A stretch of DNA of 64,000 nt from Chloroflexota bacterium (lineage in GTDB: Bacteria; Chloroflexota; UBA11872; VXOZ01): NCBI GenBank assembly GCA_965221905.1, contig OZ244922.1, forward strand, positions 256,001-320,000, read 5' to 3'. Below, one piece after another: positions 39,804-49,569 of the stretch (positions are counted from its first letter, which is position 1; each line of letters opens with the position of its first letter). A program made the translations under genes and the position numbers. The notes beneath the pieces were generated by a model. The model saw only the letters and a program-made list of their open reading frames with translations. It had not been told where the DNA came from and ran no database searches.

Positions 39804-41432
39804 TTAATGCTGAGTGTAAATGCTCCGCATCTGCCAGGCGTCGAGGGAGCGGAGTTGGGCGGGGCTGCCCTGGGTGCGCAGGGAGACGCCGGTGCTGTCA
39901 CCCCGTCCGGGGTAGACACGGACTGCGACGCATTGCTTGCCGTTCGCGAAGACCTCTACCACGCTGCGGTCGACGAATACCCGGAGCCTGAGCGGCTCGT
40001 CCGGGTCGAGCCGGATAGGGGCCGTCTCGGGAGCGCGGGAGAGTGCGCCTGGCAGGGCTGACGAGTAGGAAGAGTCGAGGGTCAGGAGGCTTTCGAAGCG
40101 GTCGACGGTCCTCGGGCTCTTGTAGCCGCGGATGGCGACTTGGCCGGTGTGGTGGACCGCGCCGGGCTGGACGGAGAGGTTCTGTACCTTGAAGCCGCGG
40201 TCCTTGTAGAAGGCGATGCGTGTGTACTCCTCTCTGCCCGGGGACCGGAGGACGTTCAGCTCGACCATAGGCGCCGCGCCGGGGTCGAGCTCGATCGCCA
40301 GCTCCATCGCGCTGCCCTCGATGCCTTCCAGCACCACTTCCTCGTTGGCGGGGAGCTCCGTCGGCCCGACGTGCCTGTGGTCATGCCTGAGGGACTCGAT
40401 GTCGCCGGCGGGCTCGACACGCACGTCGTCGTCTCCCGCTAGGGTGAGACGCCGGGGGAGGGTCATGATCTGGTTCCAGCCCTCGGTGGGGAACCCGGGG
40501 TTCATGTTGAACAGGACGATGATGCCTCCCTGTCCGTCGGGCGTAGCGGATGGGGCATGGACGCCTGACGGGACAGCCGGACCGAAGTTGAAGAGGCCAT
40601 GGGAGGTGACGACCAGCTTGTCGCGGTCCTCGTCGTAGTCGCCGAGCAGGTACTGGCCGCCGCTCATGTGGCTGAAGAAGAGGAGCATATAGCGGTCGCC
40701 GATGGGCCAGAAGTAGGGGCATGCGCCGTCGTCGCCCACCAGCGTGTACATGTCATCCTCGGTGAGGGGGTGCAGGTACTCCCAGGTCTCCAGGTCCTTC
40801 GAGCGGAATACGAAGTCGGCGGCAATTCGCTGGCCGCCGGGGCCGTCGGTCAGCGTGCCTCCGGAGAGGGAGTGGTAGACGCCGTCGCGCTTCCAGATAC
40901 AGGGGTCGAAGACCGTGTACTTCCTGGGCGAGCCGTCGTGTTCCGGAATGGGGATGATCGGCTGGCCCGTGACCTTCTCCCAGTTGAGGAGGAGCTGGTC
41001 GCTGGAGACGGCGACCATGTTGCCAACCTGTGTCCCGTGGTAGATGGCTATGACCCGGTCGTCCTCGACGAGGGCCCCGCCGGAGAAGCAGCTCTCCTCC
41101 GGGTCGGGGTAGATGGCATACGGCAGGTCGCGCCAGCGGATGAGGTCGTCGCTGACGGCGTGCCCCCAGTGGGGCCGGGGGTCTTCCGGTGGGTAGCCCT
41201 GGTAGAAGAGGTGCCAGCGTCCCTGCCAGAAGCAGAGACCGTTGGGGTCGTTCAGTCTGTTCTCGGGACTGACGAAGTGGTACAGCGGGCGGTGGGGGTC
41301 GCCCTCCATCGCCTTTCGGGATGCGGCCATCCGCCGCACCATCGGGTTGTCGCGAAGCTGGGCTTCCTGCTCGTCGAGGGTGTCTGCGAAGGTGTACCTG
41401 GGAGCGCGGGATGCACGGTCGGAAGTGGTCAT
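39804..41432 (-). CDS. Glycoside hydrolase family 32
   Basis: LNDPNG, WHLFYQ, HWGHAVS, FSGGA, FDP, ACP, DRSVVEVF. Confidence 0.92.
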   Translation of the reverse strand: MTTSDRASRAPRYTFADTLDEQEAQLRDNPMVRRMAASRKAMEGDPHRPLYHFVSPENRLNDPNGLCFWQGRWHLFYQGYPPEDPRPHWGHAVSDDLIRWRDLPYAIYPDPEESCFSGGALVEDDRVIAIYHGTQVGNMVAVSSDQLLLNWEKVTGQPIIPIPEHDGSPRKYTVFDPCIWKRDGVYHSLSGGTLTDGPGGQRIAADFVFRSKDLETWEYLHPLTEDDMYTLVGDDGACPYFWPIGDRYMLLFFSHMSGGQYLLGDYDEDRDKLVVTSHGLFNFGPAVPSGVHAPSATPDGQGGIIVLFNMNPGFPTEGWNQIMTLPRRLTLAGDDDVRVEPAGDIESLRHDHRHVGPTELPANEEVVLEGIEGSAMELAIELDPGAAPMVELNVLRSPGREEYTRIAFYKDRGFKVQNLSVQPGAVHHTGQVAIRGYKSPRTVDRFESLLTLDSSYSSALPGALSRAPETAPIRLDPDEPLRLRVFVDRSVVEVFANGKQCVAVRVYPGRGDSTGVSLRTQGSPAQLRSLDAWQMRSIYTQH

Positions 41433-41519
41433 TGTGTCTCCTTGTGCTCAATTGGTGGCTGGGGCGGCTCCAAGAACCCAGAGTCAGCCGGATCAGAATC
41501 AGCAGCCCGGCGGAGCACT

Positions 41520-41741
41520 GTGCTTCGACCCTTCGACAAGCCTGTGCTGAGCTTGTCGAAGTGCTCAGGGCAGGCGGGCTCGGAACCGGCTTGCCCTTTG
41601 ACAGATGTTGCAGTCTGTTCCCCCAACAGAGAGATGCAGGGTTTCTGCAAAAGTCATTCCGGCGAAAGCTCGCCCCCAGCACGGGGGCGCGGAATCCATC
41701 TTCTTCGCGTGCCCTGGACTCCGGCTTCCGCCGGAGTGACG
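41520..41741. repeat. Nested family E repeat plus inverted family A pair
   Basis: Doubly nested element at 41520-41589; gtcattccggcgaaa...ggaatcca and ctggactccggcttccgccggagtgacg. Confidence 0.8.
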
Positions 41742-41908
41742 GATCGAAAGGCCGGTAAATCGCTCGTACATAGCCAATGCCATCTGGCGCCATTACACAC
41801 TCAGAAGAATCCAAGCTAGCCTCCACTGCTCACTAAAGTGCCGGATCGGCTAGCGGCTTCCTCAACTCACCCGGGAATGACACTCTTCCACTTCTCCGGC
41901 GTGGTCAC

Positions 41909-43003
41909 TTAGACGAGCACTCTCCTGCCGTGCTTCGCTGATTCGTACGCCGCTTCCACCAATTCTAAGGCGCGTACGCCGTCTTCCCAGTCGGGCTTTA
42001 CCGGCGCGCCGGTGACTATGGCCTCCAAGTAAGCGCGCAGTTGGATTTCAAATGGGTCGCCGCCTGCGAGGGCTATAGACTCCCACCCGGTCATGGGGTC
42101 TGCCTGGAGTTGGGTGGGGTCGTAGCGGAAGCCGGGGGTGCCGGACTGTAGCTGCCGGTGCATCGCGTTGAAGCTGAAGATCAGGCTGCCGTCCTCACCG
42201 TCGATCTCGAAATACGGCACCTCTTCATGCTTGCGCCGCGCCCAGGACACGAACACGTCGCCCAGCGCGCCATTCTGAAAACGCAACTGCACCGTTGCCG
42301 CGTCTTCCAACTCCGCGCGAAAGCGCTCGCCGTCAGGCGTTTCGCGTTCCGGAAACACGGTTGTCATGTCACACGATACACGCGCGATGGGGCCGATCAT
42401 CCACCCCAGCAGGTCGAAGAAGTGCGCCATCATGTCGTGCACGATGCCGCCGCCCGCCTCGGCTTTCTGGTAGAACCAGGCCGGACGGTTCTCCACTCGC
42501 TGTGGCACAAAGTAGCCGAAGACCCCCCGCACGTGGAGGATGCGGCCAAGCGCGCCCGATGCGATGATCTCTTTGGCTTTCGCCGGACCCGCTTGGAAGC
42601 GCATATTCTGCACAATGCCGTGGTGCACGCCGGCCTGCCGCGCCGCGCGTAGGAGATACCGGCCTTCTGAGGCCGTATTTGTCAAGGGCTTATCGGTGTA
42701 CACGTGCTTGCCATTTTGAATCGCTTGCAGCAGCGGCGTAAAGTGCAGGCGGTTGACAAGGCAGTTATCAATCACGGCAAGCTCAGGGTCGTCGATGAAG
42801 CTCTCCAGATCGTTACTCGTCTTTGCCGCGCCGCATGCCGCCGCCAGCGGTGCGACTTTCGCTGGATCTCGCCCATAGAGAGCGATAGAAACATCGTGGT
42901 TTTCGCCGTTTACGACCAGTCCTTGCTCTTGGATTGCGCGCAGCGCCGTGCTGTGCAGTTGCGCCATGCGTCCGGTGCCCAATACGCCGACGGTGAGGTC
43001 CAT
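41909..43003 (-). CDS. Gfo/Idh/MocA oxidoreductase
   Basis: VGVLGTGRMA, GKHVYTDKP, GGGIVHDMMAH. Confidence 0.9.
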   Translation of the reverse strand: MDLTVGVLGTGRMAQLHSTALRAIQEQGLVVNGENHDVSIALYGRDPAKVAPLAAACGAAKTSNDLESFIDDPELAVIDNCLVNRLHFTPLLQAIQNGKHVYTDKPLTNTASEGRYLLRAARQAGVHHGIVQNMRFQAGPAKAKEIIASGALGRILHVRGVFGYFVPQRVENRPAWFYQKAEAGGGIVHDMMAHFFDLLGWMIGPIARVSCDMTTVFPERETPDGERFRAELEDAATVQLRFQNGALGDVFVSWARRKHEEVPYFEIDGEDGSLIFSFNAMHRQLQSGTPGFRYDPTQLQADPMTGWESIALAGGDPFEIQLRAYLEAIVTGAPVKPDWEDGVRALELVEAAYESAKHGRRVLV

Positions 43004-43260
43004 AGGTGCGATTTCCTCCGGTTTCGGGTAGTGCTTGCCGTAGTGTGCTGCACGCCTTGGCCGCCATGGCGTGCTTTTAGTATAGCGAAGAAGGCCGACG
43101 ACCTGCGATGCTTGCCGCGCGGCTGTTTCCGCAGTGTGCAAGCAGGTTTGCTATAGTTGCAGGAGTGAGTCGGGCAATCGCTTTCTGCCGCAGCCGAGAG
43201 CGGCGGGCGTTGCTCAAGGCGAGAGTACAGACGATTGAAGCAGATAACGTAGGAGCGGCT

Positions 43261-43677
43261 ATGGGGCTGTGGTTTTGGATTGGCGTTGCCTTTGTTTCGT
43301 GGGGCCTGGCATCATTCTTCGGCAAGATGGTCGCGCCCTACTTTGCACCCACGTACCTCCTTTGGATACGCAGCATTGTAACGATTGTGCTTCTCTTGCC
43401 AATTGTCTGGGCCCAGCGTGCCAACTCGATCTCGATTACGCCTACGTGGCAGACGTGGGTACTTGTGTTGCTGGTGACGTCATTTACGGCCAGCGCCGTG
43501 ATTGGCTTCTACAATGCCTTGCGCCTGGGCGACGCCTCTCTGGTCACGCCCGCAAGCGGCACCTACCCCGTGCTGACGGCGATACTGGCAGTGCTCTTTC
43601 TCGGCGAACAAATGTCGGTCACGCGGGGGCTGGGCATCTTCTTTGCGGTGGTGGGTATTGTGTTCCTGACGCGTTGA
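43261..43677 (+). CDS. EamA/DMT family small transporter
   Basis: 5 TM; ALRLGDASLVTP, LFLGE. Confidence 0.85.
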   Translation: MGLWFWIGVAFVSWGLASFFGKMVAPYFAPTYLLWIRSIVTIVLLLPIVWAQRANSISITPTWQTWVLVLLVTSFTASAVIGFYNALRLGDASLVTPASGTYPVLTAILAVLFLGEQMSVTRGLGIFFAVVGIVFLTR

Positions 43678-43822
43678 GCGCGTTAAAGCGCTGGCTGCTT
43701 GCTGCCGGATTGCATGATTTGGAGGGCGGGTACGCCAGCGGGTGTATCAACGAGTGGGAAACTTGGCGAAGATTGTCGTCGTGGTCACGAATCTGAAGAA
43801 TGGGTAAGGGGAACCGTGGGCT

Positions 43823-44584
43823 ATGAAGCTGGAAGATAAAGTAGCGGTCATTACCGGCGCCGGGTCCGGCATCGGGTACGAGATGGCGACGCTCTTCGCG
43901 CGGGAAGGCGCGCGCATCATGGGCGCGGACGTGGATGCGGACGGTCTCGCCAATACGGCGGCGGCTGTGGAAGCAATTGGTCGTCCGATGCGGACGTTCG
44001 TGGCCGACGTTACCGATCCGACCGCCGTGGAACATCTGATGGCCGAGACGGTAGAAGCCTTCGGCAGTATCGACATCCTCTGCAACAATGCCGGCATCGG
44101 GCACGTGGGCAGCGTGCTGGACGTCACCCCCGAAGAGTGGGACCGGGTGATGGCTGTGAACGTGCGCGGCGTCTACCTGGGCTGCAAATACGCGGTCCCG
44201 TACATGCTGGCGCAGGGCGGGGGCATTATCGTCAATACGGCGTCGGTAGCCGGGCAGGTCGGCCTGCCCAAGCGCGCGGTCTACAGCGCGTCGAAAGGCG
44301 CGGTCATCGCGCTCACGAAGCAAGTCGCTATCGAATACGTTGATAAGAACATCCGCGTGAACTGCGTCTGTCCCGGCACGGTGGAAACGCCCTGGGTGCA
44401 GCGGCTCCTCGCCGTCGAGGACGATCCGGTAGCAGCGCTCGAAAACCTCCGCCTGCGCCAGCCCATGGGCCGCCTCGGCCAACCCGACGAGGTGGCCAAA
44501 GCCGCCCTCTACCTCGCCTCCGACGCCGCCGATTTCATCACCGGCATAGAACTGGTCTTAGACGGCGGCCTAACTGCACGGTGA
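43823..44584 (+). CDS. Short-chain dehydrogenase/reductase
   Basis: TGAGSGIG, NNAG, YSASK, VNCVCPG. Confidence 0.95.
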   Translation: MKLEDKVAVITGAGSGIGYEMATLFAREGARIMGADVDADGLANTAAAVEAIGRPMRTFVADVTDPTAVEHLMAETVEAFGSIDILCNNAGIGHVGSVLDVTPEEWDRVMAVNVRGVYLGCKYAVPYMLAQGGGIIVNTASVAGQVGLPKRAVYSASKGAVIALTKQVAIEYVDKNIRVNCVCPGTVETPWVQRLLAVEDDPVAALENLRLRQPMGRLGQPDEVAKAALYLASDAADFITGIELVLDGGLTAR

Positions 44585-44857
44585 CAAGCGCAGTCTATCA
44601 CTCCAGTGAGCATAGTACCCCGCTTCTCCTACTGAGCGGTTGGTCCCACCTAACGTTGCAGAATCAGCGAAGAGTCTGGGGTGCTAGCTTTAGACAGGGC
44701 CGCCTAAAAGGGGGAACTTAGCGATACGTGGAACATTATGATCCTGAATATACCGCCGGAGTGACCAAATCGGAAAACTCCCGCATTGCGATCTTAGATA
44801 GCGTGTCGGTCATGTTTTGAACGGAATCTGAAGGAAACGCCGGTCTGGGAACAAATA

Positions 44858-45634
44858 TTGATTGAGCTGGCTAGCTTTGGAGAATTGACTTTGGGAGCAT
44901 GGCGCGCGTTTGGGAACGCAGCTGCACTGTCATCACGCGTGAGACACGCCATCCCGATACTGTTCTTCGGCGATCTCCCCTCCTACTCTTCATCAAGAAC
45001 GCGGATTCTGACCGTCGGGCTAAACCCATCTTTGCATGAGTTCCCCGTGGAATGTGCGTTCCGTCGATTCCCACTTGCTGAAGGAGTCTCAGGAAGGGAG
45101 CCGGACCGCTATCTCGAAGCGCTCTCGGCTTACTTCCACACCTGTCCATATTCTGAATGGTTTAGCGCTTTCGAGCCGCTGCTTGGAGGCCTGGAGGCTA
45201 GCTACTATGAGGGGCAACCATCGACAGCGCTCCATACTGACATCTGCTCACCCATCGCCACCGACCCGACATGGAACTGCCTTGACCGGGATGTGCAGAA
45301 GACCCTGGAGATGGATGGCGGTCCTCTCTGGCATGACCTGTTGAAGGTGCTCCGGCCGCAAATCGTGGTGCTGTCTGTCGCATGCCGACATCTATCGTGC
45401 ATCAAGTTTAGATCCATAACTGAGTGGAAGCTCGTTCATGTGTTTGAGCGAACCAAGGACGGCTGCATGCGTAAGCAGCCTGTAAAGGTTTACGCGCGTT
45501 GGAGCGAGATAAGTGACGAGCCGGCACTTCTCTTCTTCGTCCCTGCAGCGCAGAAGCCGCTTGGTCTGCTAGGCACCGTTCAGAAGCGAAAAGCAGGCGT
45601 GATCGCGTTGGAGGAACTAAAAGGCAGCTTATAA
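44858..45634 (+). CDS. Hypothetical protein, uracil-DNA glycosylase-like motif (start uncertain)
   Basis: PILFFGD...ILTVGLNPS resembles UDG-superfamily motif A; LRPQIVV. Confidence 0.55.
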   Translation: MIELASFGELTLGAWRAFGNAAALSSRVRHAIPILFFGDLPSYSSSRTRILTVGLNPSLHEFPVECAFRRFPLAEGVSGREPDRYLEALSAYFHTCPYSEWFSAFEPLLGGLEASYYEGQPSTALHTDICSPIATDPTWNCLDRDVQKTLEMDGGPLWHDLLKVLRPQIVVLSVACRHLSCIKFRSITEWKLVHVFERTKDGCMRKQPVKVYARWSEISDEPALLFFVPAAQKPLGLLGTVQKRKAGVIALEELKGSL

Positions 45635-45895
45635 CCGGCGATTGGTCCAATTCTCTTATCGGGGCCGCTAGTATAAGGTTTACGCCTCTAGAGGTAGTGG
45701 TTGGAACTCACTCAATGTGGTCGATGGCTTGGGACAATTCCTCTACCCAGTTGCATCCTCGCCGGTAGCACTCTCGCAAGTGAGACTCCCGAATTCACTT
45801 AAATGCTTATGGCTAAAGTGCTACACTGAGCTCTTGGCTCGCCCCCCTCAAGATTTCACCCTGACAGCTTAGGCAAGGACGATTTGGCAGTTGGT

Positions 45896-46987
45896 ATGGC
45901 TGACGAATTACCCGAGGAAATATTAGAGGCACCCAGGAATGGGGACGCTTCTGCCTCTGACATCGTAACGGATCTTGCAGCCGATGCAGCCTTCTCAGGC
46001 ATCCCAATTCCTTATAGGCGAAACTTCTTCAAGGCAATGGGCCAATTGTGTTCGGCGGCAATAGATATTCCCGTGGCATACCTTACCGGGAAAGCAGATG
46101 AACTACGGGCAGAGACAGCGGCGCGAATTAAGCTGACTAACGTATCAACCGAGCAGATTGCTCAACAAATGCAGACCGATCCTGAGTATGCACGGGTAGC
46201 GGCTCAGAAGTTTGGTCAGCGTGTGATTCGTGAGCAAGTTAACTTAGATTTGATCAGTCAAAGAGCCGCCAATGAATTAACGAACAATGGTGATTCAGTC
46301 GATGAATTAGAGTCGGAGGAGTCTGGCGATACGATTAACGACGATTGGTTAAATGCATTTGAGACGGAGGCTAGGCTAAAGAATTCCGAAGAAATGCAGG
46401 CCTACTTTGGTAAGGTCTTGGCTGGAGAAATCAGAAAGCCAGGCACCTATTCGACAAGGACGGTCAGAATCCTGGGCAGTCTCGATCAGAATGTAGCTAC
46501 CCTATTCTTGAGATTGTGCTCAATCTGCATCTCGCAATTCCAAGACATGCGAGTGCCCTCTTTAGGTGGAAGTGCTGGCAACAATGCGCTTGAAGAATAT
46601 GGACTGAATTTCAGTGCTTTGAACCTACTGAATGAACATGGGCTTGTGATCTCTGACTACAATTCTTGGCGAGAATATAAAACTACCTTGCCTGTTCAAG
46701 CAACGGGAAAGCATACGGTGTTCTTACCATTTGGCTTTCAAGGAAAGCACTGGATACTGATGCCTGCGTCCAGTGGCAAGACTGGCAAGAATCTCAGAAT
46801 TCATGGTGTTGCACTCACACGCTCTGGCATGGAGCTATCGAGAATAGTTGAAATCGAACCGTTGGAAGAGTTTTCCAAGGCACTTTCACGATATTTGGAG
46901 AAAGAGGGATTTCGGAAGGTCAAAGTCGGCCATGGAGGACCACAAGTCGTAGATTTAAACGCTGACACGGGGTTAGACTCTAAATGA
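45896..46987 (+). CDS. DUF2806 domain-containing protein
   Basis: REQVNLD, DDWLNAF, SEEMQAYFGKVLAGEIRKPGTYSTRT; lower GC. Confidence 0.8.
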   Translation: MADELPEEILEAPRNGDASASDIVTDLAADAAFSGIPIPYRRNFFKAMGQLCSAAIDIPVAYLTGKADELRAETAARIKLTNVSTEQIAQQMQTDPEYARVAAQKFGQRVIREQVNLDLISQRAANELTNNGDSVDELESEESGDTINDDWLNAFETEARLKNSEEMQAYFGKVLAGEIRKPGTYSTRTVRILGSLDQNVATLFLRLCSICISQFQDMRVPSLGGSAGNNALEEYGLNFSALNLLNEHGLVISDYNSWREYKTTLPVQATGKHTVFLPFGFQGKHWILMPASSGKTGKNLRIHGVALTRSGMELSRIVEIEPLEEFSKALSRYLEKEGFRKVKVGHGGPQVVDLNADTGLDSK

Positions 46988-47105
46988 GCATGCACGGTGT
47001 TGTGTAGCGTGCGGCTATACGTATAGTTGTGAAGATTCGCTCCTCCTCGTAGATCTGCTTTGCATGTGGTCGCTTTGCGGGTGCCACGCTGAGAGCCTCA
47101 ACTGG

Positions 47106-47343
47106 TCAAAGCAATTCCCTTTGGAACGACTCCACCCAACGGCGTTGGTGGTGGGGGAGGCCGTTGATGCGGACGTTGAGGTCGATGGAGACGTGGATGG
47201 CGTCCTGGGTGCTGCGGACGTTGGCGGACGTATCCACGTTGATCACGCTGTCCGTGCGGGTGGATGGTGCGGAAGTGTTGGCCGATGGCCGTAGTGTCTG
47301 CGGGATTGCGGTTGTTGGCCCACACCTCCAGCCGGGACTCCAT
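47106..47343 (-). pseudogene. Diverged duplicate of the 3' end of the CocE/NonD gene, with a 1-nt insertion
   Basis: MESRLEVWANNRNPA...WVESFQRELL* matches the end of 49570-51618. Confidence 0.85.
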
Positions 47344-47647
47344 TCTGTCTGAGAGGTTACCCCTTCCATCCATTTCCAGCAAAGCAAAAAACCCAACCTC
47401 TTTGCCTTAGAGGCAAGTCATAGGTGAAGAGTAATGGGTGAGCGCCACTGCACTCGCTAAGTTTTCCAGACGTTGCAGACAGACTCACGGTCTGATAGCC
47501 ACTCGACGTTGTGGAACAGACATTCTGCGCTAGTTCTTGCGGCTTGCACCAGAGTCGAGGTCAAGTCCTGAGCGCATGCTACGCTTGCTAGCGACACTAA
47601 AGCTTAGAAAGTCACGCTCGACTCGCTTGCTTCGGACAAATACACCG

Positions 47648-48460
47648 CTAGTCTTCTCTCCACGGAAGACGCCAGAGCCCCAAAGATATGCTTACTATCG
47701 CGAATCCTGCCAGTACAGCTAGTTCGACTAAGACATCGGACCGACCAGACAACGATTTCGTGATCCCATCAGCGGCATAACGTAGAGGCGAAATGTAGCC
47801 CAGTGCCTTCAGCAGTAGGGGCGCTTGATCCATCGTGAAGTAAACTGGCGACACGGTTGCAAGAACGATTGCCAACAGAGAGGTGCTGATGTTACCAACC
47901 TGAGGCGTGGGGGCGAAGCTGACGACGAACATGGTTAAGCCAGCCATCGTAAGAACCGTTAGGACAAGAGATGGTACCAGACCCCAAGAGATGTTTAAAT
48001 CCACTCCGGCCGCGAACCCGAAGCCGAGCAGCATCACAACCGTTATGACGCCGGATATGGACGAATAGGCCAGTGTGCCGAGGATGTAAGCGCCTTTAGA
48101 TACCGGCATAGTAATGAGTAGCTTGAGGGTACCCATAAACCGTTGCCCGTTGATGTTTTGTCCGACGAGCATGCCGATGGACATGGACACACCAAATACC
48201 AAGGTGCCCGCGAGTAGGCGGCGGACCACAGCCGGATCGTCAGGCGCAATAGCTTTGGTTACGTAGAACCACGGGATTGGGAAGGCAGCGGCCAACAGCA
48301 CCATCAAATACCACTGCCTCATGGCAGGTATGAAATTAAGCTCGAAGACCGAGACGACATCGGACATGAACTTCGTGACGCCTCCAGTCCGATATACGCC
48401 CCTAGAGGCGTTCAGATTCTGGTTTAGCTGGTCTCCGGTTTGCCGCGGAGAATCATCCAT
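47648..48460 (-). CDS. ABC-2 type exporter permease
   Basis: About 6 TM; LLITMPVS, SPVYF, ISPLRYA. Confidence 0.88.
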   Translation of the reverse strand: MDDSPRQTGDQLNQNLNASRGVYRTGGVTKFMSDVVSVFELNFIPAMRQWYLMVLLAAAFPIPWFYVTKAIAPDDPAVVRRLLAGTLVFGVSMSIGMLVGQNINGQRFMGTLKLLITMPVSKGAYILGTLAYSSISGVITVVMLLGFGFAAGVDLNISWGLVPSLVLTVLTMAGLTMFVVSFAPTPQVGNISTSLLAIVLATVSPVYFTMDQAPLLLKALGYISPLRYAADGITKSLSGRSDVLVELAVLAGFAIVSISLGLWRLPWRED

Positions 48461-49338
48461 TAGCTTGCACCATCTTCGTCTAGTGGACGTTTATTACGTG
48501 TGAGACCGAGATAGACGTCTTCTAACGTTGTCCTTGAGACGGAGTACTGACGAATGCCCTTGGTTTGCACCTGTTTGACGAGCTCTTTGTCGGTGGAGCC
48601 GTAAATCGTTTCGGTTTTTTCGCCCACCTCAAACGCAATCTTGTATTCGAACCCATGCGCGGCCTTTAGATTGTCCACGGTATCGAGAGCCAACAGCCTA
48701 CCGTCTTGGATTATGCCAACCCTGTCACACAAGACTTCGGCCTCCTCCATGTTGTGGCTCGTGAGCAGGACGGTCGAGCCTTTGCGCCGGTGACCAAGCA
48801 GAAGGTCCCACAGCTCGTGGCGAGACTCGGGGTCGAGGCCTGCACTGGGCTCATCCAGGACTATTAGCGGTGGGTCGACCAGCGCGGCTATGCCGACAAA
48901 TAGGCGACGCTTAAGGCCTCCAGACAACTCGTGGGCGGGCTTATCCCTGTGCTCCTCCAGTCGAAGGTCGGCTATCAATTCCTCGGCCCGGCGTGATGCC
49001 ATACTGGCAGATAGGCCGCGCAATTTACCGAAGATACGCAGGTGGTGGCGTACAGATAGCCCGAAGAAGAGTTGGGCCTCTTGTGGCATGACGCCCATAT
49101 GGCCCTTAACCTCGTTGTAATGGGACACCGCATCGATCCCGAATACACGGACTTCTCCTGAGGTCGGTAGCAGCTCAGTGGTGATCTGCCGTACTAGGGT
49201 GGTCTTGCCCGCGCCGTTCGGCCCTAGAATGCCCAGCATCTCTCCAGGTTCAACGGTTAGCGAAATTTCTCGATTCGCCCAGGTGCCGTTCTTGTACTGC
49301 TTGCTGAGCTTCTTGACTTCAACGGGTGGTGCTTTCAC
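48460..49338 (-). CDS. ABC exporter ATP-binding protein (DrrA-like)
   Basis: GPNGAGKTT, LSGG, LDEPSAGLDP, SHNMEEAE, TLEDVYL. Confidence 0.93.
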   Translation of the reverse strand: MKAPPVEVKKLSKQYKNGTWANREISLTVEPGEMLGILGPNGAGKTTLVRQITTELLPTSGEVRVFGIDAVSHYNEVKGHMGVMPQEAQLFFGLSVRHHLRIFGKLRGLSASMASRRAEELIADLRLEEHRDKPAHELSGGLKRRLFVGIAALVDPPLIVLDEPSAGLDPESRHELWDLLLGHRRKGSTVLLTSHNMEEAEVLCDRVGIIQDGRLLALDTVDNLKAAHGFEYKIAFEVGEKTETIYGSTDKELVKQVQTKGIRQYSVSRTTLEDVYLGLTRNKRPLDEDGAS

Positions 49339-49569
49339 AAAGAGTAATGTCCCAATGCCACTTCAGTGATTGGTTCTACAGTAGTCCCATAGACTGCAGA
49401 TGTCAGTCTTAGGCCGTCAAATGATCGAGCCATCCTAAGTAAGTCTTCTCCCACGCGGTCTCTGCGGGTCAACAATCTCAACAAGTGAGGGGGGGGGTAG
49501 ACGATCTATAATTCCGTCAATATGCAAATGACCCCCTCGCGAACAACGCATTGAGGGAGCTGCCGCCGA

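Noticed and set aside
44647-45645. Integron attC sites around the UDG-like gene (cctaac, ttataac)
   Set aside because: No matching GTTRRRY ends or imperfect palindromes, and no integrase
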